DNA of 16,886 bases from Paraspadella gotoi (GCA_051294375.1 JBJCIZ010000433.1:1-16886), one strand, 5' to 3'; shown: positions 1 through 10,453, counted from the stretch's first letter. Notes: generated by a model from the sequence alone, not told the origin. Numbers and translations are program-made.

Positions 1-129
1 TTGTAATGAATTCACTTCTCAGATTCATTTATGAAATCAGGCTGCAATTCCTCGACTGTTGATGTATATTATTTAAGGGGGAAGAATTTAATATCATATT
101 GTAAATAATAAGCAACGTAGGAATCGACT

Positions 130-450
130 TTATGTCCTTAGATTTAATAATGATGTAGATACTAGATAGTGAGAGAGAGAGTAAATAATTAATGAATGGC
201 TGAAGGTTTGAATGTTTATATTATTATAGCAATTTCTTTTGAGCCTTGAGTTCTTAACGAAATTGTTTATATTTTTATGAGAAATGAAAATATTAGTTAA
301 TAGCTCTTTCAATGGTATAAATATCAATATGCAACGGTTATCCACTTTTATTTGGAGCTCGTCAAAATAAGGTATAATTTTGAAAAAGCAAGAAATTGAC
401 TCTACTGTTCAAAAAGCCAAGGCCGTTGATCAATTTGTATATATCAAATG
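130..450 (-). mobile_element. Possible decayed 3' end of a CR1/L2-like non-LTR retrotransposon ORF2
   Basis: Minus strand reads FDIYKLINGL (~419-448), then SG*PLHI and YFHFS in one frame, and SHKNINN...NIQTFSHSL...SLSHYL in the ORF 130-345 frame. Order resembles the remembered CR1/L2 post-RT pattern YKIxNGL...RGHPxKL...FFSxRVINxWNxLP...NSFKxxL. Stops and a frame switch are needed; by-eye match only. Confidence 0.3.
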
Positions 451-637
451 AAAATAATAATTAAATTAAATGGGTAACTTTATTATTTGACGTCCGCAAC
501 AAACTTTAGGTACCAGCGGTCGGTGCTTTGTTAATCCATTTAATTTTGTTTTCCTTCTAGCGTCAAGTCTCAGTTTGCGCAGTAATATAAATTTTTAAAA
601 AATTTTATAATAAATAATAATTGTTTTAAATTTATTT

Positions 638-1081
638 NNNNNNNNNNNNNNNNNNNNNNNNNNNNNNNNNNNNNNNNNNNNNNNNNNNNNNNNNNNNNNN
701 NNNNNNNNNNNNNNNNNNNNNNNNNNNNNNNNNNNNNNNNNNNNNNNNNNNNNNNNNNNNNNNNNNNNNNNNNNNNNNNNNNNNNNNNNNNNNNNNNNNN
801 NNNNNNNNNNNNNNNNNNNNNNNNNNNNNNNNNNNNNNNNNNNNNNNNNNNNNNNNNNNNNNNNNNNNNNNNNNNNNNNNNNNNNNNNNNNNNNNNNNNN
901 NNNNNNNNNNNNNNNNNNNNNNNNNNNNNNNNNNNNNNNNNNNNNNNNNNNNNNNNNNNNNNNNNNNNNNNNNNNNNNNNNNNNNNNNNNNNNNNNNNNN
1001 NNNNNNNNNNNNNNNNNNNNNNNNNNNNNNNNNNNNNNNNNNNNNNNNNNNNNNNNNNNNNNNNNNNNNNNNNNNNNNNNN
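638..1081. other. Assembly gap (444 N)
   Basis: Continuous run of n characters. Confidence 0.99.
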
Positions 1082-1171
1082 TTGTACATAAACAATTTAT
1101 TTTCTACCTTAAACAAATAACTAAAATGAAAGGAAAATAAATAATATATTTTTTTTAAGCAGTAAGCAATT

Positions 1172-1197
1172 GGGTTAGGGGTGGTTAGGGTTAGGGG
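1172..1197 (+). repeat. Short interstitial telomere-like (TTAGGG)x3 motif, potential G-quadruplex
   Basis: GGGTTAGGGGTGGTTAGGGTTAGGGG: three TTAGGG copies and four G>=3 tracts with loops of 3, 6 and 3 nt. Confidence 0.75.
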
Positions 1198-1813
1198 TAG
1201 TTAAGCATATGCTGATTAGTGATTACTCAAAATGTTTTGATAAAAATTTGTGGTTCAAAGAAACCACTAATGTGCCTGAGTCTACTCATGAAAAATATGT
1301 TATTACTGGTCGTAGCCAAGTTCGTTTACCAAGATACTATGCCTAGTCCGAAGCTGATGCATTAAATGAAATATCTGGGCAAAATGATTGTAAAAAAATT
1401 CCAATACCAACTCTACACCATGCTAATCTTTTTGTTAGAATATGCAACCATGGTATTGCTCAAATTGTCACATTCAGAGTCCCCGCGCTTTCTTATGATT
1501 TCTTGTGATCATTCATCCTGTTAGCCTTTTTTTATTTTTTGTGTGACTCCAAATTCAAAAGTAAAAGTCAAAATCAAATGCAGTTGGAAGATTTGGAAAA
1601 AGGATTTGAACTCAGGATCTAAAGGAGCTCAGTCAGTCTGACTGTATCTTTCTCTTAGCACTAAGGATTCAAAATAAAATCCGAGTAAGTTCAGCACGTC
1701 AACTGAAACACTAGTTGAAATTTATATATAGCTGGCCGTCAACCTTACAAACGGTTTAACGCCTCATGGCCAATTCGCCACATATATATACGATATGAAG
1801 GATACAATACATT

Positions 1814-2036
1814 ATTGAATTCATAAACATTGTATTTTGTTAATCATTAAAAAAGGAAATTTGTTTTATTGAATTCATAAGCATTGAATTCACTTTCTGT
1901 TAGTTATATTGAAATCATTAATAAAGGAAATTTGTTTTATTGAATTCATAAACATTGAATTCACTTTCTGTTAGTTATATTAAAATCATTAATAAAGGAA
2001 ATTTGTTTTATTGAATTCATAAACATTGAATTCACT
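1814..2036 (+). repeat. 71-bp AT-rich tandem minisatellite, about 3 copies
   Basis: GGAAATTTGTTTTATTGAATTCATAA starts at 1855, 1926 and 1997 (period 71), with a partial copy from ~1814. Each full unit has two TGAATTCA palindromes. Confidence 0.95.
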
Positions 2037-2365
2037 ACAATGAATAATTGATCTCGAAATTAGAGCGTTTAATGAATTCATGCTCCTCCGCGCATTCGAC
2101 TGATAATGAGTCGAATTCGACCTTTCGACAACCGAAATCAGTCGCTGCGACTTTTCGACCGTTTTGCTGGTCGGGAAAAGTCGGTCGGAATAACTGCTTC
2201 TGACATCATTCTCGCTCCTCCTCCTTTCCTCCGCCCTCCTCCTCCTTCGAATTAAAGACAAAAGGTGATTAAAGGATTGTGAAAGGCAAATATGTTTAAT
2301 TTTGTTTATGAGATCACATCCTTTCAGTAGAATTATCAGAATGACAGTTTGACCAATTTAAATCA

Positions 2366-3309
2366 ATGATTTGTGTCCATTGTCATTTCGGTCCTTTCTT
2401 ATTAGCTGTTTTTAGGACCCCTTCCATATTACACCTCTTGCATGGTTTTGTGCAGAGATTGTAGGGGAGAGAGAGGAGCTCAGACGAGCAGAGAGACGAG
2501 AGAGAGAGACGAGAGAGACAGAGAGAATGAGAAGAAGGATAGAGAGACAGAGAGAAGGCCGCAGAAATGAGGAACGAGACGAGAGAGGAGAAATAACTGG
2601 ACATCGACACATCTCTTTGACTTCCGAATTTCTTTTCAATATTTTTTTTCCTTTAATTTGAAAATGAAACGACTCAAGAATATACAAAAAAAAAAAAGAA
2701 AAAAGTAAAGAATAAGAAAAGAAGAAGAGTAAAGAAAGAAAGGAAAAAAATAAGAAGAAAGAAAAAAGAAAGAAAAAAAGGAGAGAAAATTTATCGAAGG
2801 AGTGAATTATTTGCTTTTGGATCAAAGGGATCTGATTCTTTTGTGGAGAATGAGGGGTGAGCATGTGCTCCTCACACTGTTCTTCTCGCTCTCTCCACTC
2901 CTCTCTGCTTATCTTTTTTTTCTCTCTTTTTTCTTTCTCTTTCTTCTCTATTCTCTATTGGTCTTTGTTTAGCGTCTTTTTTTTTATATTATATCACTGC
3001 CTCTCTTTCCTGTTTCTTTTTTCTCTAATTCCATTCACTCTCGTTATATCTCTTTCTATCTCTCTCTTCGCTCATTGTATATCTCTCTCTCCCTCTCTCA
3101 TCCTCCCCTTCTCTCCTACCTCTCCTATCTCTGATACTGCATTTCCTATCTCCCCCTCTCTCTTCTCTCCTCAGAATGGATGAAGAAGCACAAAAACATT
3201 GTTCCTGCAAATTCCTTGGAAGGCGCATACTCTGCAGCAGTTCCTTATTATTCTATTTTTCTTATTTGGTAGAGAGAAGAACAGAGAAGAGACAGGACGA
3301 GAGAGAGAC

Positions 3310-3348
<39 letters not shown>

Positions 3349-3405
3349 CGAGAGAGATATAATCAGGGCTTTGAACCGGATGATGAAGCTTTTGTCAAAT
3401 ATTGA
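2366..3405 (+). CDS. Candidate small spliced gene, unknown product (exons 2366-2460, 2800-2856, 3175-3268, 3367-3405; 94 aa)
   Basis: Joining at GTAGGG/GAAG, GTGAGC/CTCAG and GTAGAG/ATCAG gives a stop-free frame MICVHCHFGPFLLAVFRTPSILHLLHGFVQRL-SELFAFGSKGSDSFVENEG-MDEEAQKHCSCKFLGRRILCSSSLLFYFSYL-GFEPDDEAFVKY*. AATAAA follows at 3419-3424. An alternative frame is open over the last three exons (..LLWRMREWMKKH..WALNRMMKLLSNIDDV*). No family recognised. Confidence 0.33.
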
Positions 3406-3474
3406 CGATGTTTGATGAAATAAATATCAACACAATTTAAATCTTCTCTCCCTGTGGAAATTGGCGGATATTTT

Positions 3475-3626
3475 GACGACGACATGATGGATACGACGAC
3501 GCACGACGACGACGAGACGACGACGATGCGACGACGACATATATTTCGGTAGTGAAGACAACGAGACTGAAGGGTGAAGTCTAAAGGGTTTCAGCGACAC
3601 TCACGACGGACACGACGACGACGACG
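3475..3626 (+). repeat. Imperfect (GAC)n microsatellite blocks
   Basis: GAC runs at 3475-3538 and ~3604-3626. Confidence 0.9.
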
Positions 3627-4022
3627 CAAAGAATGACCGAGCGACATTAATGGAACAGTTTCCATAAAAAAACGACAATGATAACATTTTTGACATAGTA
3701 GGCAACAGTGAGACGGGCTATGATGATAATAAAGATGCCCGTGAATGACTTCACGGAGCTTTTCTGAAAAGGTTCACGAGTTCGAACCCTGTTCTTTTGC
3801 CGAAAGAAGCCAAGATTGTTAGAGTTAGTTGTATGTATATGTATACTTAAGATACCTAAAATTAGTCGTCGTTAAATTCGGAAGTTTTAGTTGTAATATG
3901 TAATATAATCCAGATATTTAGGCTTTTCTCTTTTCACTATACCTTCACTGTGCATTTCTGGTGAACTGAATCTTAGTGCAACCGACGGCCACAAAAACCA
4001 CCTGTGCAGCAGGATTGGTTAG

Positions 4023-4056
4023 GACGACGACGACGAGACGACGACGACGACGACGA
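4023..4056 (+). repeat. (GAC)n microsatellite
   Basis: Near-perfect GAC run. Confidence 0.9.
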
Positions 4057-4200
4057 ACGAAAAAACACGGCACCAGAGAAGAGAAAAAAAATCCGTGGCC
4101 TCTTTGTCTCAACCCTCAAATGAAGACTCTTCCCATCCTCCCTTATTTCTGCCTCATGACCCATAAAATCCCAGTTTCCGTCCTTTCTAGTCTTCCATTC

Positions 4201-4261
<61 letters not shown>

Positions 4262-4275
4262 TTACTCTCTCTCTC
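4201..4275 (+). repeat. (CT)n microsatellite
   Basis: Near-perfect CT dinucleotide run. Confidence 0.97.
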
Positions 4276-4483
4276 AAACATAGATTCCTCTCTCTCCTCC
4301 TTCCTTTCAAAACACTATTTTGTCTCGTTGTTGTTAATCATCATCCTCGCGTTTTCCTCTTCCTCCCCCCCCCACAACCTTGAATTCCTCCTCCTTCTCT
4401 TCTTCACTTCTCCATCCTCCTTCCTTCTCCTCCTCCTCCTTTGATGCCCTCCTTACATACGTTTAATCATTCCTCCCGTAAAA

Positions 4484-4716
4484 ATGGCTGCGACGATGAC
4501 CTCACCCATTGTCGAAGGTTGGCTGCGAAAATGTTGGGTGAGCAGAAGGTGGACGGGGATTCGAGAGGGAGAGAGAAGGAGAGATAGAGAAGAGAGAGGA
4601 AGAAGAGAGAAGAGGAGAGACCGAGGAGAGAGGAGAGGAAGTAAAAGGGCGAAGGAGAAGAAAAAAGGAAAGAGGTAGTAAAGGAAGGACCTTCTCTGGA
4701 ACGTCCATGAAAAAAG
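4484..4716 (+). CDS. Possible first exons of a PH-domain-like protein (4484-4537, ~4684-4716)
   Basis: AAAAATGG start context; MAATMTSPIVEGWLRKCW followed by donor GTGAGC at 4538. IVEGWLRK fits PH beta-1 (xxEGWLxK). After a GA-rich intron the frame reads EGPSLERP*KK|GTATAG, with TGA (4708-4710) where PH domains have the W of WKKR. Confidence 0.3.
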
Positions 4717-4739
4717 GTATAGTCAAAAAAGTGATACGG

Positions 4740-5520
4740 AAAGTGAAGAAAAATGAATTATGAATGAAGATCATGATGAGAATGATGAAGAATACAATAA
4801 TGTGATGAGAAAATGATAATCTGAATGAAGAATGAATACTGAAGAATACTATGAAGAAGATATAAGAATAAATGATGAATGAAGACGTGAGAAGAATAAT
4901 AATAATAATCAAAATAAGAAAATTCATATAATAAATAATATTCAATTGATTATGAGAAGTGATGGAAGTGGATGAAATAGAAGTAAGTGATGAATAATGT
5001 CGAGAATTGAAACATAGGAATAATGAATGAAAGAATAATGATTGATGAATGACATGATGACCCATCGCTCGACACTACAACACGATCATAATATAATGTC
5101 AATGAATCAAATATGATCTGAGATGACATAAATGAATGATGAATGAATGACGATGAAATATATTCAGAATGAATAGCATGAAATCATGAACTGAGGAATG
5201 ATGACATGAGACATGAAGAGGAGAACAAAATGAATGAGAAGACGACTGAATGATGACTGAAGAATGAGAATTAATGAATGAGATACATATGAATGATGAA
5301 ATAATAGATGAATGAATGATGAATGAGGGATGATACATAAGAGAATCATACAATGACATGACATGAAATGAAGAAGATAGATTGAAATCAGATGAATGAA
5401 TAGAATGAATGAATGAATAATGAGATGAATAAAATAAAGACATGAATGAATAAATAAGTGATGAATAAATGAATGAATGGATAAATATAAAGAGATCGAT
5501 GATAAGTTGAGTATGAAGGA
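4740..5520 (+). repeat. Degenerate ATGA/TGAA-rich low-complexity satellite
   Basis: About 780 bp of irregular ATGA, GATGA and AATGA units, C-poor, with no stable period visible. Confidence 0.85.
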
Positions 5521-5927
5521 AAAAATCATCTGGGGGAAAAGCCTAAAAATATTTTCAATTGGTATACGACGAAAATATTTCACTTATAGTATAAATAATA
5601 GTATTGATAGTATTTAGTAAAGTAGCATTAAAAGAAGAAACAAAAAAGCAAGGACAAGATTAAAAGAGAAGAAGAAGGAAAAAGAACAGAAAAAAAGAAG
5701 AAGAGAAAGAAAGAAAAGAAAGAAAAGACAAAGACAAAGAAAAGAAAAGAAAAGAAAGAAGGAAGAACAGAAACGAAGTCTGGAGAAGATATGCTTCTCC
5801 CGTAATTTGCGCGGGCCACCATTAGAGGGAGGTCGACGCCCTACTCGGCTAATGAATCCAATCCGGAACTCTTCTTGGTTCCGGACCAAGCCAGTGTTTC
5901 TTTCTTTATTTCTTTTTTCTTTCTTCG

Positions 5928-5962
<35 letters not shown>

Positions 5963-6043
5963 TTCTGCTTCTTTCTATCTCTTTCTTGTCTTTCTTTTTA
6001 CTCTTTTTGATGACGGGGGCGCTCATTTTCCGTCCAAAATGAT

Positions 6044-6083
6044 TCGTCGTCGTCTTGGTCGTCGTTCGTCGTCGGTCGTCGTC
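6044..6083 (-). repeat. (GTC)n microsatellite (inverted GAC block)
   Basis: Imperfect TCGTCGTCG run. Confidence 0.85.
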
Positions 6084-6805
6084 ATAACGGGGCCGTTTGA
6101 CGTCCTGGCAAACCAACAAAAAAACAAAGTTTTTTAAGTTCCTCAATTTGATTTTTTGGTTTTTCATAATTTCTTCACTTAAAAAATGTTCAAAATAGTG
6201 TGTGTCTATTGATTATTATTCTTTTAATGTTTGCGCTTCTGTCCATGCTTCTTGGAGTGCCTTCGCAAATAATCTAAGAGTAGGATGGAGCTGACGTACT
6301 TAGTGTTACTGTACAAAGTATAGCCTCGCCCTTCCCTTTGAATTTGGTTTTATCCGGCCAGAATCTTTGTTACTTTGGACTTCTCTGTGAAATCACCGGC
6401 TCAAATCAGTTGCGTTTATAAGCAAAGTAGAAATCAACGCTCGCCCACGGGAAAAACTCAATTTCTACGAGTTTTCAAAAAAGTGGTTTTCGCGTTTAAT
6501 AAAGTACAAATAAATGTTAATCTCACCGTTTGATAATAATTTGACGGGCGACGCTTTCAAACGTTAGAATATTTACGGGCGTGAGTATATAAAGAAAACT
6601 TCACAATTACTATTAGTACGACTTAAGTATTGTTCTTAAAAAATATGTCATTTTTACACTACAACTACATGTTTCATTAAATTTTGGAGAGAGGATTTCA
6701 ATCCTGTAGGAAAAAAAGATTATTTGAGAAAATGAGAAAATGATGAGAAAAAGACCCCCAAAAAAAATATTTAAAACGTATTTAAGGAGAAAGAATGAAA
6801 GTGAA

Positions 6806-6808
<3 letters not shown>

Positions 6809-6887
<79 letters not shown>
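6809..6887 (+). repeat. (GA)n microsatellite
   Basis: Near-perfect GA run. Confidence 0.97.
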
Positions 6888-6892
<5 letters not shown>

Positions 6893-7004
6893 AAAAAAAA
6901 CATTTCATTAGCATTTAAAAGAGAAAAGGATTATGTAAAACAAATTGTCTTTTTCACTGGAAAGAAGAAATGGGGCAAAGAGAGAGAGAAGAAAATGCGG
7001 TGTG

Positions 7005-7065
7005 GACGACGACGACGACGTGAAGACGACGACGACGACGACGATGACACGACGACGACGACGAC
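7005..7065 (+). repeat. (GAC)n microsatellite
   Basis: GAC run with few interruptions. Confidence 0.92.
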
Positions 7066-7499
7066 CAGACGGTAACATCTTCCGACGAAACGACAAACCG
7101 CGACGCCAACGAGATGGCGCGAGTTGAAAGGGTTCGATGGGCGCGGAGATTTGGGTGTGGCGCGCGCGTTCGGGAATGAGCGCCTCGCTTTTTTTTTTTG
7201 TGTGAAAAGATGCCAGTGAAATGAGGCTTTTTTTGTGAAAAGACGCCGATGAAGTGCCGTTGGTTTTTTCTTTGCTAATAACAAGAGATTATTAATTCTA
7301 TTTGTTTTTTGTGAATGGAACTACGAATGTTGGCTCGAATTAAAGAATCTTAAAACTTTTAAAGTTTCTAAATTGTTAACACTGAAGAAATATCAATTAA
7401 GGTCTTGTTTAAATATATACATTTAATTTTACACTAGTTTCTAATCTAAAGTCGTTAATGATCTCAGCTTCATGCTTTGACCTCGGAGAGCAAGTCTCT

Positions 7500-8035
7500 T
7501 TTTGTCCTCCATTCGAGCTCCTGCCGAGATTCGCCATTGTCCCATTTCTTTTCCCTTTCTTCTTCACTCATGTTTGAGCTCCTTTTCGAGATTCCGAATT
7601 TCCATTTTCTGTCCCTTTTATTTCCATATTGAGCTTCTTGATATCGCCATTTCCATTTTCTGTCCCTTTATCTCTATTTCGAGCTCTTGGAGATTCGCAA
7701 TTTCCATTTTCTGTCCTTTTTTCTCCTTTCGAGCCTCCTTGTGAATTCACCATTTCCATTTTACCTGTCCTTTCTTTCCTTTTCAGAAGCTCCTTCGTGA
7801 TTCACCACGTCATTTTCTGTCCCTTTTCTTTCCATTTCGAGCCCCTTGGAGATTCCCATTTCCATTTTCTGTCCCTTTTATTTCACATTTCGAGGCCTTG
7901 GCGAGATTCCGCCATTTCTGCATTTTCTGTCCCTTTTCTGTCCCTTTTCGAGCTCCTTGGAGTTTCACCATTTTCCATTTTCTCTCCCTTTTCTCGAGTC
8001 GGATAAACGTCGCTCGACCCATTTCCATTTGCGAT
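7500..8035 (+). repeat. Degenerate ~51-bp tandem minisatellite, about 10 copies
   Basis: Core TTCCATTTTCTGTCCCTTT...TTTCGAGCTC(C)TTGGAGATTC(G/A)CCAT recurs near 7601, 7651, 7702, 7754, 7810, 7860, 7920 and 7973. Confidence 0.92.
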
Positions 8036-8109
8036 TCTCTTTTTTTTGAAAAGAACTCGTTTTCAATCAACATCGTTGATCCAGAAAAAGAGGAGCCGAC
8101 GACTTCAAC

Positions 8110-8700
8110 CTTTCCTTCTTTCTATCCTTTCTTTCTTTCTATCTTTTTCTTTCTTTCTATCTTTTTTTTCTTTCATTCCTTTTCTTATCTATCTTTTTCT
8201 TTCTTTCTCTCTTTTTCTTTTCTTTCATTCCTTTCTTTCTATCTTTTTCTTTCTTTTTATCTACTTTTCTTTCTCTCTATCTTTTCTTTCTTTCATTTCC
8301 TTCTCTATCCTACTTTTTTCTCTCTCTATCTTTTCTTCTCTTTGTTCCTTTTTTCTTTTTCTTTCTTTTTCTTTCTTTTTTCTCTTTTTTCTCATCTTCT
8401 TTTTCTCTTTCTATCTTTCTTTATTTCTTTCATTCTTTCATATTTTTTCTTTCCTTCTTTCCAACCGCTTTTCCCTCAAATCGACCTCATGACTCCATTT
8501 TTCTCTCCTATCAGTTTCACCTTCCGCACTCTATTTTCTTACTTTTTCTCAACTTTCTTAAATTCATCTTTTTTTTTAATTATCTTCTGTTTTTCCCCTT
8601 TTTCTTCTTCAAATTCTTCTTCTTTCTCTTTTATTTTCATGTTCTCCTTCTTCCCTCATTCTCACTTCTTCCTCTCCCCTTCTTTCTTAAGGGCTTCTTA
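8110..8700 (+). repeat. Long polypyrimidine (TTTC/TTC/TCTA) low-complexity tract
   Basis: About 600 bp with almost no G on the + strand. Confidence 0.9.
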
Positions 8701-9751
8701 GTCTTTACTTGTTCCTCTCATCCCCATTTTTTTCGATAGTTCTTCCTTTGAGGGGTCAGCCCGGAAAGCTTCAATGTCCTTTGCTGTAAAATATTTTATG
8801 TATAATTATATTTTAATATATATTATATTGTATATAATAAATAAAAGTATGAATATCAAGGTTATAATTTTTTTATATTTAATAACTGATCAGTTCTCTT
8901 TAAAATAAGTAATAATATTTAACATTAAAAATTAAAATATAAAATTCATAATTATCTAGTTTGTAATTTTTGAAAGGCTTCATTTTTTCTGAATATTAAA
9001 GATTCAGTTCATAGTGTACTTAATAAATTTAAATAAATTCATATTTTACTTTTAAAGATTCGTCAGTCGGGTCCCACCGACCTGTGCATCTGAAACTACC
9101 GTCTGCTCGTCTCTCGATTGAGACTCATCTCATACTTTTAAGTGAATCTTGAAATCAAGAATCTTCCTGCTTTTCCTTATCGAGAGTGAAGAGAGAGAGA
9201 GAGAGAGAGGAGAGACGAGAAGAGAGAGACGAGGAGGGACGAGAGAGAGAGAGAGAGAGAGAGGAGAGAAGAGAAGGAGAAGAGAGATAAGTCAGTCAAA
9301 CTATATATATTTAATTCATGGGAGTTTTCCTCTTCTTTATCGTATCAGAGAGAATTATTTTTATTTTTGCAACGTAAAAATCGTTTTACGTAAAATCTTA
9401 CCTGTTTTGGGTCTCCAAATCGACGAACTCGAGTAATATAATAAACTTTATCAAATTTAATTCCTAATGAAAAAAAAAATGTAAAATTATTTCTCAAATT
9501 ACGGTTAAAAATGAAAAAGCTGTTCCGTACAATTACTAATTAATAATAAACAAGGTTTATAATTAACAATACTTAAAAACAAGAAAAAGGACAGGGGCGA
9601 AAAACCGCGTCGTTTTTCAAAGGCGGGAAAAATCTGAGTAAGAGAATTAAATCGAAACAAGAAAGATTACTATTGATTTATGGCATTTAATTTATGTTTC
9701 ACCAGTCTGTGTTCATTCTCAATTCCTTTCTTTAAGCTCGCTCATTCGGGA

Positions 9752-9767
9752 TCTCTCTCTCCTCTCT

Positions 9768-9820
<53 letters not shown>
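9752..9820 (+). repeat. (CT)n microsatellite
   Basis: Near-perfect CT run. Confidence 0.95.
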
Positions 9821-9823
<3 letters not shown>

Positions 9824-9947
9824 CTTTCATTCTCTTTTCTTTCTTTCGTTACTTCTATCATCTTTTCCAATCTTATGTTTTCTTTCTAACTCTACACACA
9901 CATTTACACAGCCACACACACAAGTTCTTTTCTCCCTCTGTTTATAG

Positions 9948-10072
9948 CAAATTACGATAAAAGATAACAAACTTCGGGAACTAAGGACCTCGGCTCGTCC
10001 CATGTCAGTCGAGATAGTAGATAGCGAGCTCTCTCTCTCTCTAGCTCTCTGATATTTTTCTTATCTGGTGTA

Positions 10073-10118
<46 letters not shown>

Positions 10119-10403
10119 CTCTCTCTCTCTTTGCTTTAATTTTCTCCGTGAATTTTGCTTCTTTTTTTTTCTTTCCTTCTTGTCCTTTTTTCCTTCTTGT
10201 CCTTTTTTCCTTTGTTCCTTTTTCCTTCTTGTCCTTTATTCCTTGCCCAGAAATTATTCTTTCCTCTCCATCGTAGTCCTCTTTACTTTCTTTGTTCCAG
10301 GATGAATAATCAGCAAACGAGGAATTTTGACTGGAATTTGCATAAACCAATTCGAAGCCGAAAGAAAATAAGTAGAGAGAGAGGAGAGAGAGAAAGAGAA
10401 GAG

Positions 10404-10453
<50 letters not shown>

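Noticed and set aside
595-1116. 173-aa ORF
   Set aside because: Artefact of translating the N gap.
1814-2036. CRISPR-like array (also considered for 7500-8035)
   Set aside because: Whole units repeat with no unique spacers; eukaryotic context; no cas genes.
6207-6400. Minus-strand LFAKALQEAWTEAQTLKE* terminal exon, or a plus-strand signal-peptide-like stretch
   Set aside because: Short, no consistent splice phase with neighbours, and on the wrong side to complete the PWWP-like peptide.
7898-8701. 267-aa Phe/Leu/Ser ORF and the many similar FLS-rich or ER/RE-rich ORFs
   Set aside because: Stop-free only because CT/GA tracts cannot encode stops; no domain signal.
9067-9082. GTCGG-N6-CCGAC hairpin after an AT-rich block as a Helitron or MITE end
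   Set aside because: Only a 5-bp stem; no CTRR terminus at the expected distance, matching opposite end or target-site duplication.
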